Shown piece by piece: positions 7,549-18,427 of a stretch of DNA of 37,554 nt (position 1 is its first letter; every line of letters begins with the position of its first letter). This stretch comes from a virus (Duplodnaviria; Caudoviricetes). The stretch covers positions 1 to 37,554 of the IMG/VR virus record IMGVR_UViG_3300047545_000175. One strand, 5' to 3'. Made by a program: the position numbers and the translations under genes. A model generated the notes under the pieces. That model ran no database searches, was not told where the DNA came from, and saw only the letters and a list, made by a program, of their open reading frames with translations.

Positions 7549-7851
7549 TTACCAAGGTGTGCCAGCGGCCACAGGAGGGTTCTTCTGAGCAGCGATGTTG
7601 TTTGCCAGAGCGAAGTCAACAGCAGCCACGCCTTCAGCGCCCAAAGAAGCCTTCACCCACTCAACGACAGTGGCTTCTGTCAGCTCGTCATATGGGATCA
7701 GCGTTTGACCGGGTTGCTCTGTGAAGCCCACTGTGGAGTAGGTCGAGGCAGAGAAGTCGCCATCGGTCTGTGATGCGGTGTAATGCACGGTGACGACAAA
7801 ACCTGTTGGGGTCAGGCGGTCCATGTTGGTGATTTTGAATGTGGTGGTCAT
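7549..7851 (-). CDS. Tail-fibre-associated small protein
   Basis: AGGA RBS; IPYDELTEATVVEWVK and C-terminal GTPW typical of genes following tail fibres. Confidence 0.7.
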   Translation of the reverse strand: MTTTFKITNMDRLTPTGFVVTVHYTASQTDGDFSASTYSTVGFTEQPGQTLIPYDELTEATVVEWVKASLGAEGVAAVDFALANNIAAQKNPPVAAGTPW

Positions 7852-7864
7852 GATGAGTCCTTAG

Positions 7865-8350
7865 TTAAGATTTGGCGTAAGCGCCGTGATACAAAGAGCG
7901 TGCTTCAGTTGCGACAAGTCCAGCCAACTCCAAGTCTTTGAAGTAGCCGATGATGTGACTTTTTCCGTCTTTCATTACTCGAACATACCAAGATTTTGCG
8001 TGTTTGTGCCAATTCACGCCGGGGTATCCGCTTTTATTGTTTGATAACGCAAAGCGATTGCATTGGTTTTGGCTTCTGTTTGCTGCCCTAAGATTTTCAA
8101 GACGATTGTCTGCCCTGTTGCTGTTAATGTGGTCAACCTCTGGAGGCAAATAACCGTGTTCAAGCAAGAAAATCAAGCGATGCACCTTATGTGATTTGTT
8201 CAACCATGTCACATAGCGATAGCCAGTTGGGTGCATTGATCCAGCCTCTTGTCCAACAAGGCATTGCTTGTTAGGGTGTGCGACCTTCTTCCAGTAAAGT
8301 TTGCCGTCACGGTACTCAAAGTACTCGGCTACAAGTTGCTGTGTCGTCAT
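7865..8350 (-). CDS. HNH-AP2 homing endonuclease
   Basis: [33 protein letters not shown] followed by an AP2-like domain. Confidence 0.9.
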   Translation of the reverse strand: MTTQQLVAEYFEYRDGKLYWKKVAHPNKQCLVGQEAGSMHPTGYRYVTWLNKSHKVHRLIFLLEHGYLPPEVDHINSNRADNRLENLRAANRSQNQCNRFALSNNKSGYPGVNWHKHAKSWYVRVMKDGKSHIIGYFKDLELAGLVATEARSLYHGAYAKS

Positions 8351-9705
8351 GCGTTTGCCAGTGTTGTCACTGTTCCAGATGAGCCACGATATTTGAGAGC
8401 ACCAGCCTCAACGTACAAAGTACCACCAGCGATGTTTCCTGTTGGCGCTGTGCCGTTGTAAATCACAATGGCTTTTGCTGCGCTAGTTGGGTCAGATGTA
8501 CCACCAAGCAACAAGTTACCAACAGCCGACAGGGTCAGCGCCTGAGTAAAGCTAATAGCGTTACCTGCTGTGCCGGAGGGGGCGGTGTACCAGAGATGTG
8601 CGCCACCTACTTGACCATATGCGGCAGCGAAGTCTGAATTGATATAACGGTTTGTCCCGCCAGTATCGTTGTAAAAGTTTGCCCCAAGGAATGTATCGTT
8701 AGCGCCGTTGTTATACAAAGCAGTGCTTAATACTTGAAATGCTTTGAAACCACTTGCCCAAGCACTCGGAGTAACCCCCAAGCCGAGGTTGCCGGAGGAG
8801 TCGATGGTGAGCCTGTCTGCTGCATTGGTTCTAAATACAAGGTTAGCAGCGTAGTTGTTCCCTAAATAAGAAACACCAGAAAACTGAAACAAAGCAAGTT
8901 CTGTTAAGGCTGCACCAACTTTAAAGTCCGTTGCCCTAGCAGAACCATTTACATCCAACTTATAAGCAGGCGAACTCGTCCCAATACCCAGACCTGTGCT
9001 GGTCAGGCGCATTTGTTCGGAGCCAACTTGAGTCCAGATAAAGCTACGAGCCGTTACGCCACCATCAGTTGAATCAAACGTGACACCAGTGTTTTCCGTT
9101 ACCTTGACTGTGTACTCAGTACCAGCACCAATGGTTGCATTTTGGCGAAGACGCACACCAACCACACCATCAGCAGCGTCTACATCAAGCACGCCAGTAA
9201 CACCAAAATTTGTCCCATCAAACGTCAGCGCAGACCCAGTGGTCAGGACTTTGGAGCCGTTGAGGTAGGGGACTGAATTTGCGGTTGCTCCAGACAGCGT
9301 TACAGCGCCAGAAGCAGACAGCGTAGTGAAAGCACCAGCAGCCGCCGTAGTGCCACCAATAGCAGTGCCGTTGATCGTGCCGCCAGTGATTGCTACGTTC
9401 GCCAGAGCATCTTGCTCTATTGCGTTGTTTAACTCAGCCCTGGTAATGGTCTTGAGTGCTGTTGCGCTTTGGTCGTAGATGAAAAACTTGTCATCAGAAG
9501 CGGTAGAAGCACCATCAATTGATGACAGACCAGAAGTCGTGACGTTAGCCAAGTTCTCTTTTGCAAGAGGATAACCACCAGCCAAAGTACCGTCATGGAT
9601 GACAGCCGTGTCTTTTGTGGTGTCAATCGTGAGTTCACCCTCAAGACCAGTAAAGGTTGAGTGTTCTGCGGTAGTTCCGCGCCGATGTTGGACAGCAGTA
9701 GTCAT
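8347..9705 (-). CDS. Tail fibre protein with Mtd-N-like N-terminus
   Basis: [26 protein letters not shown]-terminus; Gly/Thr-rich; RL...GLGIGTSSP fibre repeats. Confidence 0.8.
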   Translation of the reverse strand: MTTAVQHRRGTTAEHSTFTGLEGELTIDTTKDTAVIHDGTLAGGYPLAKENLANVTTSGLSSIDGASTASDDKFFIYDQSATALKTITRAELNNAIEQDALANVAITGGTINGTAIGGTTAAAGAFTTLSASGAVTLSGATANSVPYLNGSKVLTTGSALTFDGTNFGVTGVLDVDAADGVVGVRLRQNATIGAGTEYTVKVTENTGVTFDSTDGGVTARSFIWTQVGSEQMRLTSTGLGIGTSSPAYKLDVNGSARATDFKVGAALTELALFQFSGVSYLGNNYAANLVFRTNAADRLTIDSSGNLGLGVTPSAWASGFKAFQVLSTALYNNGANDTFLGANFYNDTGGTNRYINSDFAAAYGQVGGAHLWYTAPSGTAGNAISFTQALTLSAVGNLLLGGTSDPTSAAKAIVIYNGTAPTGNIAGGTLYVEAGALKYRGSSGTVTTLANA

Positions 9706-9747
9706 GTTTTTACCTCTTGCGAATTATCTCATGTCAAAGAAAGTTTG

Positions 9748-10566
9748 TCAGTCATATAACGCACCATCAGCCACCATTGCAAATCTTGGCTGTTCTGAAA
9801 CATTAAAGTTTGATCCAGAGGTTACGCTAAAAAAAGTATTTATCCACTCAAATTCCAAATTTCCTGTATTTGAATTAAAAGACGCACACAATTCATAAAA
9901 GTACAACTGAGATGTCGAACTTTTCCAAGTTGCGCTTTGTGGAGCAGGAAAATAAATTATTGGTTTTGATATTGCTTCACTGCTAGAAGCTAAAGGACTT
10001 GAATATGTTAGTGTCTTATTTTGATATGAAGGGCCATTGCCTACATAATTAAAACTGCCAATACTTGAAGCCCTAAGACTACTTTCTTGAGAATTATGTT
10101 GATATACTCTACTAACAAACAAACTATTATCTTGGGTTGTAAATGCTGGAGTTCCATCTGATCTCAAAACATTCATTCCAAAACCACTTGTAGGAACATT
10201 ATTTGTTTCTGCAAATGCGTAAACAGTAGGAGCAGATGTTCCAGCGCCAGCCCAACTTGATGCGACAAATATAGTATCAACTCCATTAGTTTTTTCTACG
10301 CCAATAACAGATGATTTTTTTGGATACTCTGCGTGAACAAAGTACACCATATTTCTTGTGCCAGAAGAAAAGCTGTATCTGTAAATACTTGCTAAAGGCC
10401 AATTGTAAAGAGTTGTGCCAAAATAGTTATAGTAGTATGCAGGGAAATTTCCTCCAATACCTTGCACAGATACAAATGTAGGTTTCCCAACAAAAACCAT
10501 TGATTTTGACTCTGATGTTATCAATAACCTAGAGTCATCGCCACCTAGATAAAGTCCATAGGTCAT
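9748..10566 (-). CDS. Tail-tip accessory / putative receptor-binding protein
   Basis: MTYGL start and internal FGMNV..DG duplication typical of genes downstream of J; AT-rich, aromatic-rich. Confidence 0.6.
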   Translation of the reverse strand: MTYGLYLGGDDSRLLITSESKSMVFVGKPTFVSVQGIGGNFPAYYYNYFGTTLYNWPLASIYRYSFSSGTRNMVYFVHAEYPKKSSVIGVEKTNGVDTIFVASSWAGAGTSAPTVYAFAETNNVPTSGFGMNVLRSDGTPAFTTQDNSLFVSRVYQHNSQESSLRASSIGSFNYVGNGPSYQNKTLTYSSPLASSSEAISKPIIYFPAPQSATWKSSTSQLYFYELCASFNSNTGNLEFEWINTFFSVTSGSNFNVSEQPRFAMVADGALYD

Positions 10567-10856
10567 TTGACGAACACCAATATTGTCGCATTAGATGGCG
10601 TTGATCCACTATTAGTTGGAGACCAACTAACTATCGGAAGTTCACCAGAATAAGAAACTAAAACTTGAACAATGCCTGCTGGTGTAGCTGAAAATTTTTG
10701 CGATGTTGCATAAATTTCATATCCAGTTAACTCAGGATAAGATTTTGATCCAGTTTCACCACCAGAAACAACAAAAATATCATGAATCATTCCTGTAAGT
10801 TTTGAAGAATCTATTATTCTTCCATTGTCTAAAACAACTTTGAAACCATAGCTCAT
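10563..10856 (-). CDS. Small tail-tip accessory protein
   Basis: MSYGFKV...G..I.DS; ATGA coupled to J. Confidence 0.6.
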   Translation of the reverse strand: MSYGFKVVLDNGRIIDSSKLTGMIHDIFVVSGGETGSKSYPELTGYEIYATSQKFSATPAGIVQVLVSYSGELPIVSWSPTNSGSTPSNATILVFVK

Positions 10857-13800
10857 GCTGTTAAGTCTCCAATTTGCACACGGAGAACACCAGAAGAATC
10901 GTAAACTTTGATTGCTCGGTTTGTCATCTCCATTCGTGCGCCAGTTGTTGCTGTCTTGACATCAAAGTTTGCTGTTCCTACAAGTGAAATACTTTGAATC
11001 TTTGCCGCCGTGATTGCCGCATCTTCAATCTTTGCAGTAGTGATAGCACCATTGGCAATCTTGGCATTGGTGATAACCGCATCATTGATCTGAGCAGCAG
11101 AAGTGATAACACCAGCAGTTGCGAGCAATCCACCAGTAATTGAGTTGGCAGCAATCTTGTCAGTCTGAATCGCACCAGCCAGGATTTTCTCTGAGGTAAT
11201 CGCATCAGCAGCAATCTTGCCAGCAGAGATAGCGTTTGCCGCAATTTGGTCGGCAGACACAGCACCTGCGGCAATCTTGCCTGTTGTGATTGCGTTAGCC
11301 GCGATCTGGTCAGCGCCAATAGCACCTGCTTGAACTTTTGCGGCTGTAATTGCTCCTGTTGCAATCTTTCCTGAGGTGATACTGTCCGCAGCAATAGCGT
11401 CAGCCGTTACAGCACTTGCCGCAATCTTTGCAGCAGTAATTGAGCCAGCAGCCAGTTTTTCCGTTTCAATTGCACCCGCAGCAATTTTTGCCGCGACAAC
11501 AGCACCTGCCTCAATCTTTGCGCTTGTGATGGCGTTCGATGCAATAGTGTCAGCAGTTACAGCACCAGCAGCAAGTTTTGCAGTAGATACGCTACCAGCC
11601 GCTAATTTCCCAGTACTGATAGCACCATCTGTGATTTGCGTTTCAGTGATTGTGCCTGTGAGCTTAGAAGTGGCAACAGCAGCAATCTGATCGTTTGTAA
11701 GTTGACCAGTAACTTGAGCAGCCGTAACCGATGCAATCTGAGCAGCAGACAAAGTGCCTGAAATGTCAGTTGATGGAACCGCAGCAGTCCAAGCAGTGCC
11801 TGTGTAGCGATACAGCTTGTTGTCTGTTGTCAACAGAATAGTACGGCCTTGGAAGTTTCCAGATGAAGGCAGCGCAGCAACGATCTCAACAGGACGCAGT
11901 GATTGACTGAATGCCGATGCTGGAAGCGTACCTTCAAGATCAGCCGTATCAACACCACTTGTCCATGCAGAACCTGTGTAACGATATATCGTGTTGTCTG
12001 TTGTCAGAAATACAAGTTTTGGACCTGTATAGCCAGAAGGATTTGGCAACTCAGTAACAATCTTGACAGGCTCAATTCCAGCAGCAAATGAAGCCTCATC
12101 CACAGACCCAGACGTAATGCTAAAAATGTCATCAGTCCATTCTTCAGCAGTTGCATCCCAACGATACAGCTTGTTTGCTGTTGTGTCGTATTTGATCTGC
12201 CCGTCAAAGTCTCCAGTCTCAGGCAAGGTTGCAACAGGCTCAATTCCATAAGCTCCAGCCTCTTGGAAAAGATTGAGAACTTCTTGAGAGAAAGAATCAG
12301 AGTCAACGAACTCAGTTGTGGCAGATACTGCGCTTGAAAAATCAGACTTGTTGCCAGTACGGTCAACAGACTTCAACCAGTAATAACGAGTGACGTTAAT
12401 ACCAAGAGGCGCATCAACAAAACGTGAGCCACGCAAAACACCAGCAAGAGTAGCAGTGCCAGAGTTGTTTGTGGTGTTGCGATAGACCTCAACATAGTCA
12501 AAGTCTGAGACTGTCGGATTGACCCAAGTCACCACGATCTGTTTGTAGTCTCCAAATGCAACAATGCTAGAAGGCACATTCGGAGCGGTCTGGTCGCCAT
12601 AAGTGATTTCGTTAGAAGTCACAAAAGACGAGCGAACTCCAAGCGTATTGATTGCGCGAACACGAACAGCGTATTCAACACCAGCAATCGCAGGAACAAC
12701 CACATAGTATGGAGTCGTTACAAAGATTGAGTTGTAGTTTGTCTCGCCTGAAGTTGTTGGGTCAGACACAGCACCGTAATCAGCGAATGTGTCCGCAGTT
12801 CCAGTAATCAGGCCATAGTTATCAGTCTGTGTTGAGCTTGCGGTGATCGTGCCATAGTCAAAGTTTGAAGCACCGCGGATGTACTGAACTTCATACTGAT
12901 TGACAAATGAATTTACTGGTGGAGTCCATGTGACAAGCAGACCAGACTGAGTAGCACCATCAGGAGCCAGCACGTTGGTTGCTGTAATTGTCAGGTCAGT
13001 AACAGGCCCAACTTGAAAAGCGTCAGGCAAGTTTGTATTTGGAGAGGGATCGTATGCCTGTTCTTCACTGGTTGACCAGTCAAAAACGTCTGTGCTGATT
13101 TCTCTCAAATCAAGATCAACGCCTGGAGCCTCATCCAAAGACATGGACATCGCCACAACTTCAAACGGCTTAGAAGACCAGCCCATACGGGTATTGTTCA
13201 CATAAACAATGTCACCTACGTTGGCCTTAAGACCTTGCAGCTTCAGAGGCAAAGTCAATGTAATTTGTTGACGAGCCTTAAGAAGCTCAATCTTTGACAG
13301 ACGTTGAGCCATCGTCACCGATGTTGTGAAAGGCAGTGTGATGTTCTTGTAAACAGCCTCACCGTTATCAAGTGCAATAAAGGCATCAGAGATCAGTGGA
13401 GGAAAATCCACCGACATATATTTGTCTTGAGCAGAGACAAACACGCCCTTGATACAGTTGAAGTTCTCACGGCGGCTGACAAGAGACTGAACCGTAAATC
13501 CTGAACGAAGATCGTCTTCATCAAATGTCAAAGTCGGTGTGTAGTAAGCGCCAGCTAGAATGCGCCACTTGCCACTTGTCCAGATAGCCTTACCAGCCAT
13601 CGAGGTCAACATTTGATTGATGATGTCTTCCGGTGTTCCAGAAGTTGTTAAAGAGCCGTGAAGCTCATACTTGTTTTCTGTACCACCAGCGTCAAGAGTT
13701 ACATCTTCATCACACACGTTAGCCGCGGCAATCAAAGCAGCTTCATCAATCTCATCGGCATAAACACAGCCAAGACCATAACGAGTGTTTGTCAGGTAGT

Positions 13801-14500
13801 CAGCAATACACAAGGCAGGGTTTGCAGACCAAACAGTTGTCTCTGAGCGAGGGTCATAAACCTTCTTTCCACGAACTTGGAAAGAGAAGTTAGGCATCCC
13901 ACTTGGGAATTTGTCCTGGTCATACTCGAGGCGAATATAGACCACAGCACGACCACGCAGACGATGGTTTTCTGTCCACAAAGAATCAGACTCAGAAACC
14001 AAATCACTGAAAGCGGTTTGATCGTCAGTGCCTAGTTTTGACTGAATGCGAACCCTGTTGGCGTAAGAGCCAGCAGTTACGTTGCCACTGCCATCAATCG
14101 TAACTTCTTCATCGTTTAAATAGTATTTCTCAATTGCATCAATCTCATGACCAGCAATTGCAACGACAACGTGAAGGTACTTATTGCCTTCAGTGCCTTC
14201 CATGTAAACGATGTTTCCACCAACACGGGTACGACCATAGATGATTTGATGTGGCGATAACGGACTGCGAGCAGTTACAGTTGACCCGGAGTTAACACCT
14301 CCAGATGGGCTTTTGTTCATTGCCTGTGAAACAGCACCAAGAACAAGAGATGTGGTGAACTGTGTTGCAAAGAATGCTGATGCGCCAGTTAAACCAAGCG
14401 AGCTAAAAGTTGCACCAGCAACCAAACCTGGAGTTGCAATAAGACCAACGCCAGTAGCGACCAAACCTACAATAATCGCAGCTTTTACGGCTTTTGCCAT
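10853..14500 (-). CDS. Tip attachment protein J / central tail fibre
   Basis: IIYGRTRVGG, VRGKKVYDPR, NPALCIADYL, FN3-like domains, 10-aa GAITAAKIAA repeats. Confidence 0.9.
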   Translation of the reverse strand: MAKAVKAAIIVGLVATGVGLIATPGLVAGATFSSLGLTGASAFFATQFTTSLVLGAVSQAMNKSPSGGVNSGSTVTARSPLSPHQIIYGRTRVGGNIVYMEGTEGNKYLHVVVAIAGHEIDAIEKYYLNDEEVTIDGSGNVTAGSYANRVRIQSKLGTDDQTAFSDLVSESDSLWTENHRLRGRAVVYIRLEYDQDKFPSGMPNFSFQVRGKKVYDPRSETTVWSANPALCIADYLTNTRYGLGCVYADEIDEAALIAAANVCDEDVTLDAGGTENKYELHGSLTTSGTPEDIINQMLTSMAGKAIWTSGKWRILAGAYYTPTLTFDEDDLRSGFTVQSLVSRRENFNCIKGVFVSAQDKYMSVDFPPLISDAFIALDNGEAVYKNITLPFTTSVTMAQRLSKIELLKARQQITLTLPLKLQGLKANVGDIVYVNNTRMGWSSKPFEVVAMSMSLDEAPGVDLDLREISTDVFDWSTSEEQAYDPSPNTNLPDAFQVGPVTDLTITATNVLAPDGATQSGLLVTWTPPVNSFVNQYEVQYIRGASNFDYGTITASSTQTDNYGLITGTADTFADYGAVSDPTTSGETNYNSIFVTTPYYVVVPAIAGVEYAVRVRAINTLGVRSSFVTSNEITYGDQTAPNVPSSIVAFGDYKQIVVTWVNPTVSDFDYVEVYRNTTNNSGTATLAGVLRGSRFVDAPLGINVTRYYWLKSVDRTGNKSDFSSAVSATTEFVDSDSFSQEVLNLFQEAGAYGIEPVATLPETGDFDGQIKYDTTANKLYRWDATAEEWTDDIFSITSGSVDEASFAAGIEPVKIVTELPNPSGYTGPKLVFLTTDNTIYRYTGSAWTSGVDTADLEGTLPASAFSQSLRPVEIVAALPSSGNFQGRTILLTTDNKLYRYTGTAWTAAVPSTDISGTLSAAQIASVTAAQVTGQLTNDQIAAVATSKLTGTITETQITDGAISTGKLAAGSVSTAKLAAGAVTADTIASNAITSAKIEAGAVVAAKIAAGAIETEKLAAGSITAAKIAASAVTADAIAADSITSGKIATGAITAAKVQAGAIGADQIAANAITTGKIAAGAVSADQIAANAISAGKIAADAITSEKILAGAIQTDKIAANSITGGLLATAGVITSAAQINDAVITNAKIANGAITTAKIEDAAITAAKIQSISLVGTANFDVKTATTGARMEMTNRAIKVYDSSGVLRVQIGDLTA

Positions 14501-14890
14501 TTATACACTCCATGCGTTTCTGGCAACGCTCATGCTGAAAAGGGTCAATCCGTCTTCAGATACTGCCGCCATTTTAACGCCAACACATATTCCAAGGATG
14601 ATATTTTCGCCACTTTGGATCGAAACCACATCACCACGCTTGGCTTGCTTAACAGGCTTTGGCTCGCCTAATTCGATAGTTGCTATGCCTTCTACTCCAC
14701 CAAACTTCTCAAGCCTTCTGATGGCCCCTAAAGCGGTTTTGTAGCCCCTGTATGGCTTGCCATGATCTTTTCCTGTCATAGCCTCCACAGCATTGACAGC
14801 AAACATGCAACAATCGTTAGTCCCCCACTCAAATGGTCCAACAGACTTGAAAAACTCGTTAAGCCTATGTTCCCAATTTTGAAGGCGCAC
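14501..14890 (-). CDS. NlpC/P60-like tail assembly protein (gpK-like)
   Basis: PFEWGTNDCCMFA and RGDVV motifs; located before J. Confidence 0.75.
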   Translation of the reverse strand: MRLQNWEHRLNEFFKSVGPFEWGTNDCCMFAVNAVEAMTGKDHGKPYRGYKTALGAIRRLEKFGGVEGIATIELGEPKPVKQAKRGDVVSIQSGENIILGICVGVKMAAVSEDGLTLFSMSVARNAWSV

Positions 14891-14892
14891 TA

Positions 14893-15507
14893 TTAAGCTC
14901 CGTCATTATTCGTTTGCGTAACTGGTGCGGCAGATGGTGGCGAAGGGTTAGCCTTGCCCCAGGTAATCTGCTTTTCCTGCAAAGAAGCCACAAATTCACA
15001 CCCCAAGTCACCAGCAAAAGCCCTTTGCTGATCCTCGTTGGTATATCGGCTTTCTCTTGACCGTTGCAGGTCAATTAGTCGGGATTCATAAGACAAGGTA
15101 ATTGTTGATGTATCTCCACCCTCTTGAATAGAAGGAACGTCAAGTTTTCCTTCAAACATCAAAATTGGGTCATCAATCACAACACCAGACGAGCTCAGAA
15201 AGCCCATGTGGACCTTGCCAACAGCACCCTGACGGACATCTCCCAAGACAAGAGAAATCAAGTCTGATGGAATTCCAGACATGCTGACAGTAATTCCTCT
15301 AGCACTTATCTCAGAGCCTTCAGATACGTTGGAGATTGCTCCAAGCGTACCAACGCCTGAATATGTGTTGCCATCCCAGACTAGATCGCCATATCCAGAC
15401 CAGACATAAACACTGCCAGATGCAAACGAGCCTTCAAACAAAATGATCGGCTGCACCTCTGTTGCAGAGATCGCACTTTGTACGCCAGCAGAGATGTCAC
15501 GGCTCAT
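14893..15507 (-). CDS. Minor tail / baseplate hub protein (gpL-like)
   Basis: WDGNTYSGVG.LG and RYTNEDQQ...GDLG.EFV motifs; synteny. Confidence 0.7.
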   Translation of the reverse strand: MSRDISAGVQSAISATEVQPIILFEGSFASGSVYVWSGYGDLVWDGNTYSGVGTLGAISNVSEGSEISARGITVSMSGIPSDLISLVLGDVRQGAVGKVHMGFLSSSGVVIDDPILMFEGKLDVPSIQEGGDTSTITLSYESRLIDLQRSRESRYTNEDQQRAFAGDLGCEFVASLQEKQITWGKANPSPPSAAPVTQTNNDGA

Positions 15508-16121
15508 AACGCCTCCACACAGGCAAAGGTGATGCCGTAAACACTGGCCTCGTCAATCGAGTATTGCATTTCATTGGATGCCAAGCGCCATTGTCCTTTG
15601 GGTGACAAAACAGTGATCTGAGCGTTATCAGACGGGCTTGAGCGCAGACTAGGCCAAATGGTCAGAGTTGCATTGCCGCTGCTGTCAGAGTTAACGTCAT
15701 CCAAGACTTTGTGCAGACGAGTAGCAGAGCCAGACCCCAACTGAATCCAGTCACCAGCCTTCAAGATTCCTGTTGTGCTGGTTGTCCAGCCATCGGTAAT
15801 CAGTGAATCTCCAGTTTGCGAGCCGCCATTAACAAGAGGTGTGCCAGTCCCAACACCGCGAGGTGCAGTATTAGCTGGATCGCCAAGAAGAAACGTCCCA
15901 TATTGCCCATTCATCTTCAACAAGAAAGAAGCGACTTGTTCGGCATCGTCACGCTTCATAGGAGGCAAGGATACTTCAGCCTCCCACGCTTGACCTTGAT
16001 GCTTGTAAACCTGTTGCGACAAGGTAAACGGTGACTGAGCAACACCCACAACAGAGCGAGCGCGAATTGTCATTGACCGAATGCCAATGGAAGGGAAAGT
16101 TACGGGGTATGAAATCGGCAT
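15504..16121 (-). CDS. Distal tail protein (Dit-like)
   Basis: SPFT..QQV, LKAGD.I, IWPSLR motifs; directly after tape measure. Confidence 0.7.
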   Translation of the reverse strand: MPISYPVTFPSIGIRSMTIRARSVVGVAQSPFTLSQQVYKHQGQAWEAEVSLPPMKRDDAEQVASFLLKMNGQYGTFLLGDPANTAPRGVGTGTPLVNGGSQTGDSLITDGWTTSTTGILKAGDWIQLGSGSATRLHKVLDDVNSDSSGNATLTIWPSLRSSPSDNAQITVLSPKGQWRLASNEMQYSIDEASVYGITFACVEAL

Positions 16122-16123
16122 GA

Positions 16124-18427
16124 TTACCTCATTGCAGCGGCATAACCGCCACCACGCATTTTTGCATCAGCAACAGCAGCTTTAGCAGCACCAGCAATCT
16201 GAGGCATCAAAGTCATGATCTCAGCACGAACTGTTTGTTGCACTCCAGTTGATACGTTGATATTTTGCACGACAGTAATACCGCCACCTTGCCCCTTTGT
16301 GTGGTCAACAACAGTCTCATTAGGATGCAGCATAGCCATGAAGCCACCCTTGCCATCCATACCGCCAGAGCGAGCGCCGGAGCCAGTGTAACCACCACCA
16401 TCAAACGACTGAGCAGCAAGCATTGCTGTTTGCTGACTGCCTGGAGTTGTTCCATACTTCATTGCAGTAGAAAAGTTATTAAGGCCAGCGCCAAACAATC
16501 CAGACAACGGACCCATGATGCTTTGACGCAATTGGATACGAATCAAGTCAGCAATGATTGAGTTCGCCATGTCCTTAAAACTCAACTTGCCTGTTTGCAC
16601 AAAACGGACAAGCGAATCTTCCATGCCACGCAAAGCACGGCTTGTGGCATCCTCGGTGAACTTTGCAAAGTTTGTGATTTCGTCAAGATAGGTCGTTACT
16701 CCAAGAGTTGCGCCCTTCATCATGTTCTCACGCTCTTTGACTCGCTCAACAGCCAACTCTTTTACCAATCCCAACTGCTCCTCATACTTGATGTTGGCAG
16801 CAGCAATAGCATTCAACTTGCCTTGCTCAGTCAAGTTATCAAGGTTCTTGATCTTGACGATTTCCTCGTTAAACTTCTTGGTCAACTGAAGACGAGAATT
16901 TTCAATAAGAGTCTGTTCAGCAGTTCGGAAAATGCCATCATTCTTGAGTTGGATTTGCTCCAAGATGATCTCCATATCCTCACGGTACTTATCAAGGTAA
17001 TTCAGAGCTTTGTCACCAGCTTCAACTTGCTTTTCGTTGAGCTTTAGCAATTCCTGTTCTGACTTTAACCTGTCTTTTGTATTGTCCTTACGGATAGCAT
17101 CAAACTCAGCAGAAATCTTATCAATTTCTTGATCTTGACTCTTGATTGTAAGTTTGCGATTTTCCAAAACAGTAAGATCATCCAACTGCTTTTTACTAGC
17201 GCCCAATCTTTTTGCTTGCTCAACTGTTAATGCAACCTCACCTTGAGTCAACTTCAGCAACTCATCATTCTGTTGACGCAAGAAGTCAGCAAGTTTCTTT
17301 TCAGCAGCCTCTTGTTCTTTTGTCTTAACAGGAGTTGCAGCAGGTTCAGGCTCAAAAAATCTGCGTGAACCAGTGCGAATTTCATCAAATTTTTGGTTCT
17401 GCAAAATTGCATTAAATCTATCTTTTGCTTGCTTGAGCTTGCTCTCTGTATCTTTAATTTGTTTTTCAACATCAATACCCAAGAACATTTGAGCGTTCTT
17501 TGGTTGCAACTGAAGTTGTTTCAAAGCAGAATCAAGTTTCAAAACCTCAGAAGCAGCATCAGCAATTTTTGAAGTTTCCTTGAGCTTGTTAATGCTTGGA
17601 ACAAGTTGATCTATACCTTTACTGAAAGAAGTAATCCAAGATGCAATTGCAGATGACGTACCAGTCATCTTGTCAATAGAACCAACAGTCAGGAGTATTG
17701 AGTTGTTAACCTGGGTCAAAGATTGACCGATGGTTACAGGCATGTTCTTAAATTGATCTTCCACTTTTGGAAGACCTTTTAAGAAGCCATCAATAAACAC
17801 CTGAGTTGTCAGCTTGCCTTCTTCAGACATCTTCTTGAGTTGACCAGTTGTCACACCCAAGCCAAAAGCAACTGCCCTCAAAATTTCAGGAGCCTGTTCC
17901 TGAACAGAAACAAATTCTTGACCACGCAAAGCGCCAGCCGAGAAACCTTGAGCCAACTGAATCAGCGCAGCAGAAGCAGATTGACCAGAAGCCCCAGAAA
18001 CAACCAATGCCTTACCAATACCTTCAGTAAGAGTAATCAGCTTTTCTTGAGGGACAGCCAAATCTTTGGTTGCACGGGCAAGTGAAGAATACAAGTCAGT
18101 CGTTTGAGAAAACGCTGTCCTGTTGCTCTGTGAAATATCAAAAAGTTGCTGCTGAACACTGATGAAGTTTGCAGTGCCACCAGTTACGTTACCAAGCCGT
18201 GCGGTAACGCTTGTGAACTCGTCTGTCAGTTGCTTGAACTGGACAGCAAGACCACCAATAGAGATGCCAGCAAACGCAGTAGAAAAAGCACGACCAACAG
18301 AGGCCGCACTTTGACTTGTGCGTTGTGCTGACTTGTCAACTGAATCCAGCCGACCAAGAATCGCATTAAAAGCCGCGGCAGTTTGGTCACTGGCAGTTAG
18401 ATCAAATCTTATTTTCTCATTTGCCAT
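16124..18427 (-). CDS. Tape measure protein
   Basis: 767 aa helical; ALIQLAQG...GALRGQEF tape-measure domain; lambda-H-like C-terminus. Confidence 0.92.
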   Translation of the reverse strand: MANEKIRFDLTASDQTAAAFNAILGRLDSVDKSAQRTSQSAASVGRAFSTAFAGISIGGLAVQFKQLTDEFTSVTARLGNVTGGTANFISVQQQLFDISQSNRTAFSQTTDLYSSLARATKDLAVPQEKLITLTEGIGKALVVSGASGQSASAALIQLAQGFSAGALRGQEFVSVQEQAPEILRAVAFGLGVTTGQLKKMSEEGKLTTQVFIDGFLKGLPKVEDQFKNMPVTIGQSLTQVNNSILLTVGSIDKMTGTSSAIASWITSFSKGIDQLVPSINKLKETSKIADAASEVLKLDSALKQLQLQPKNAQMFLGIDVEKQIKDTESKLKQAKDRFNAILQNQKFDEIRTGSRRFFEPEPAATPVKTKEQEAAEKKLADFLRQQNDELLKLTQGEVALTVEQAKRLGASKKQLDDLTVLENRKLTIKSQDQEIDKISAEFDAIRKDNTKDRLKSEQELLKLNEKQVEAGDKALNYLDKYREDMEIILEQIQLKNDGIFRTAEQTLIENSRLQLTKKFNEEIVKIKNLDNLTEQGKLNAIAAANIKYEEQLGLVKELAVERVKERENMMKGATLGVTTYLDEITNFAKFTEDATSRALRGMEDSLVRFVQTGKLSFKDMANSIIADLIRIQLRQSIMGPLSGLFGAGLNNFSTAMKYGTTPGSQQTAMLAAQSFDGGGYTGSGARSGGMDGKGGFMAMLHPNETVVDHTKGQGGGITVVQNINVSTGVQQTVRAEIMTLMPQIAGAAKAAVADAKMRGGGYAAAMR

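Noticed and set aside
8347-9705. Diversity-generating retroelement suggested by the Mtd-like N-terminus
   Set aside because: No reverse transcriptase gene and no template/variable repeat pair differing at adenines was seen
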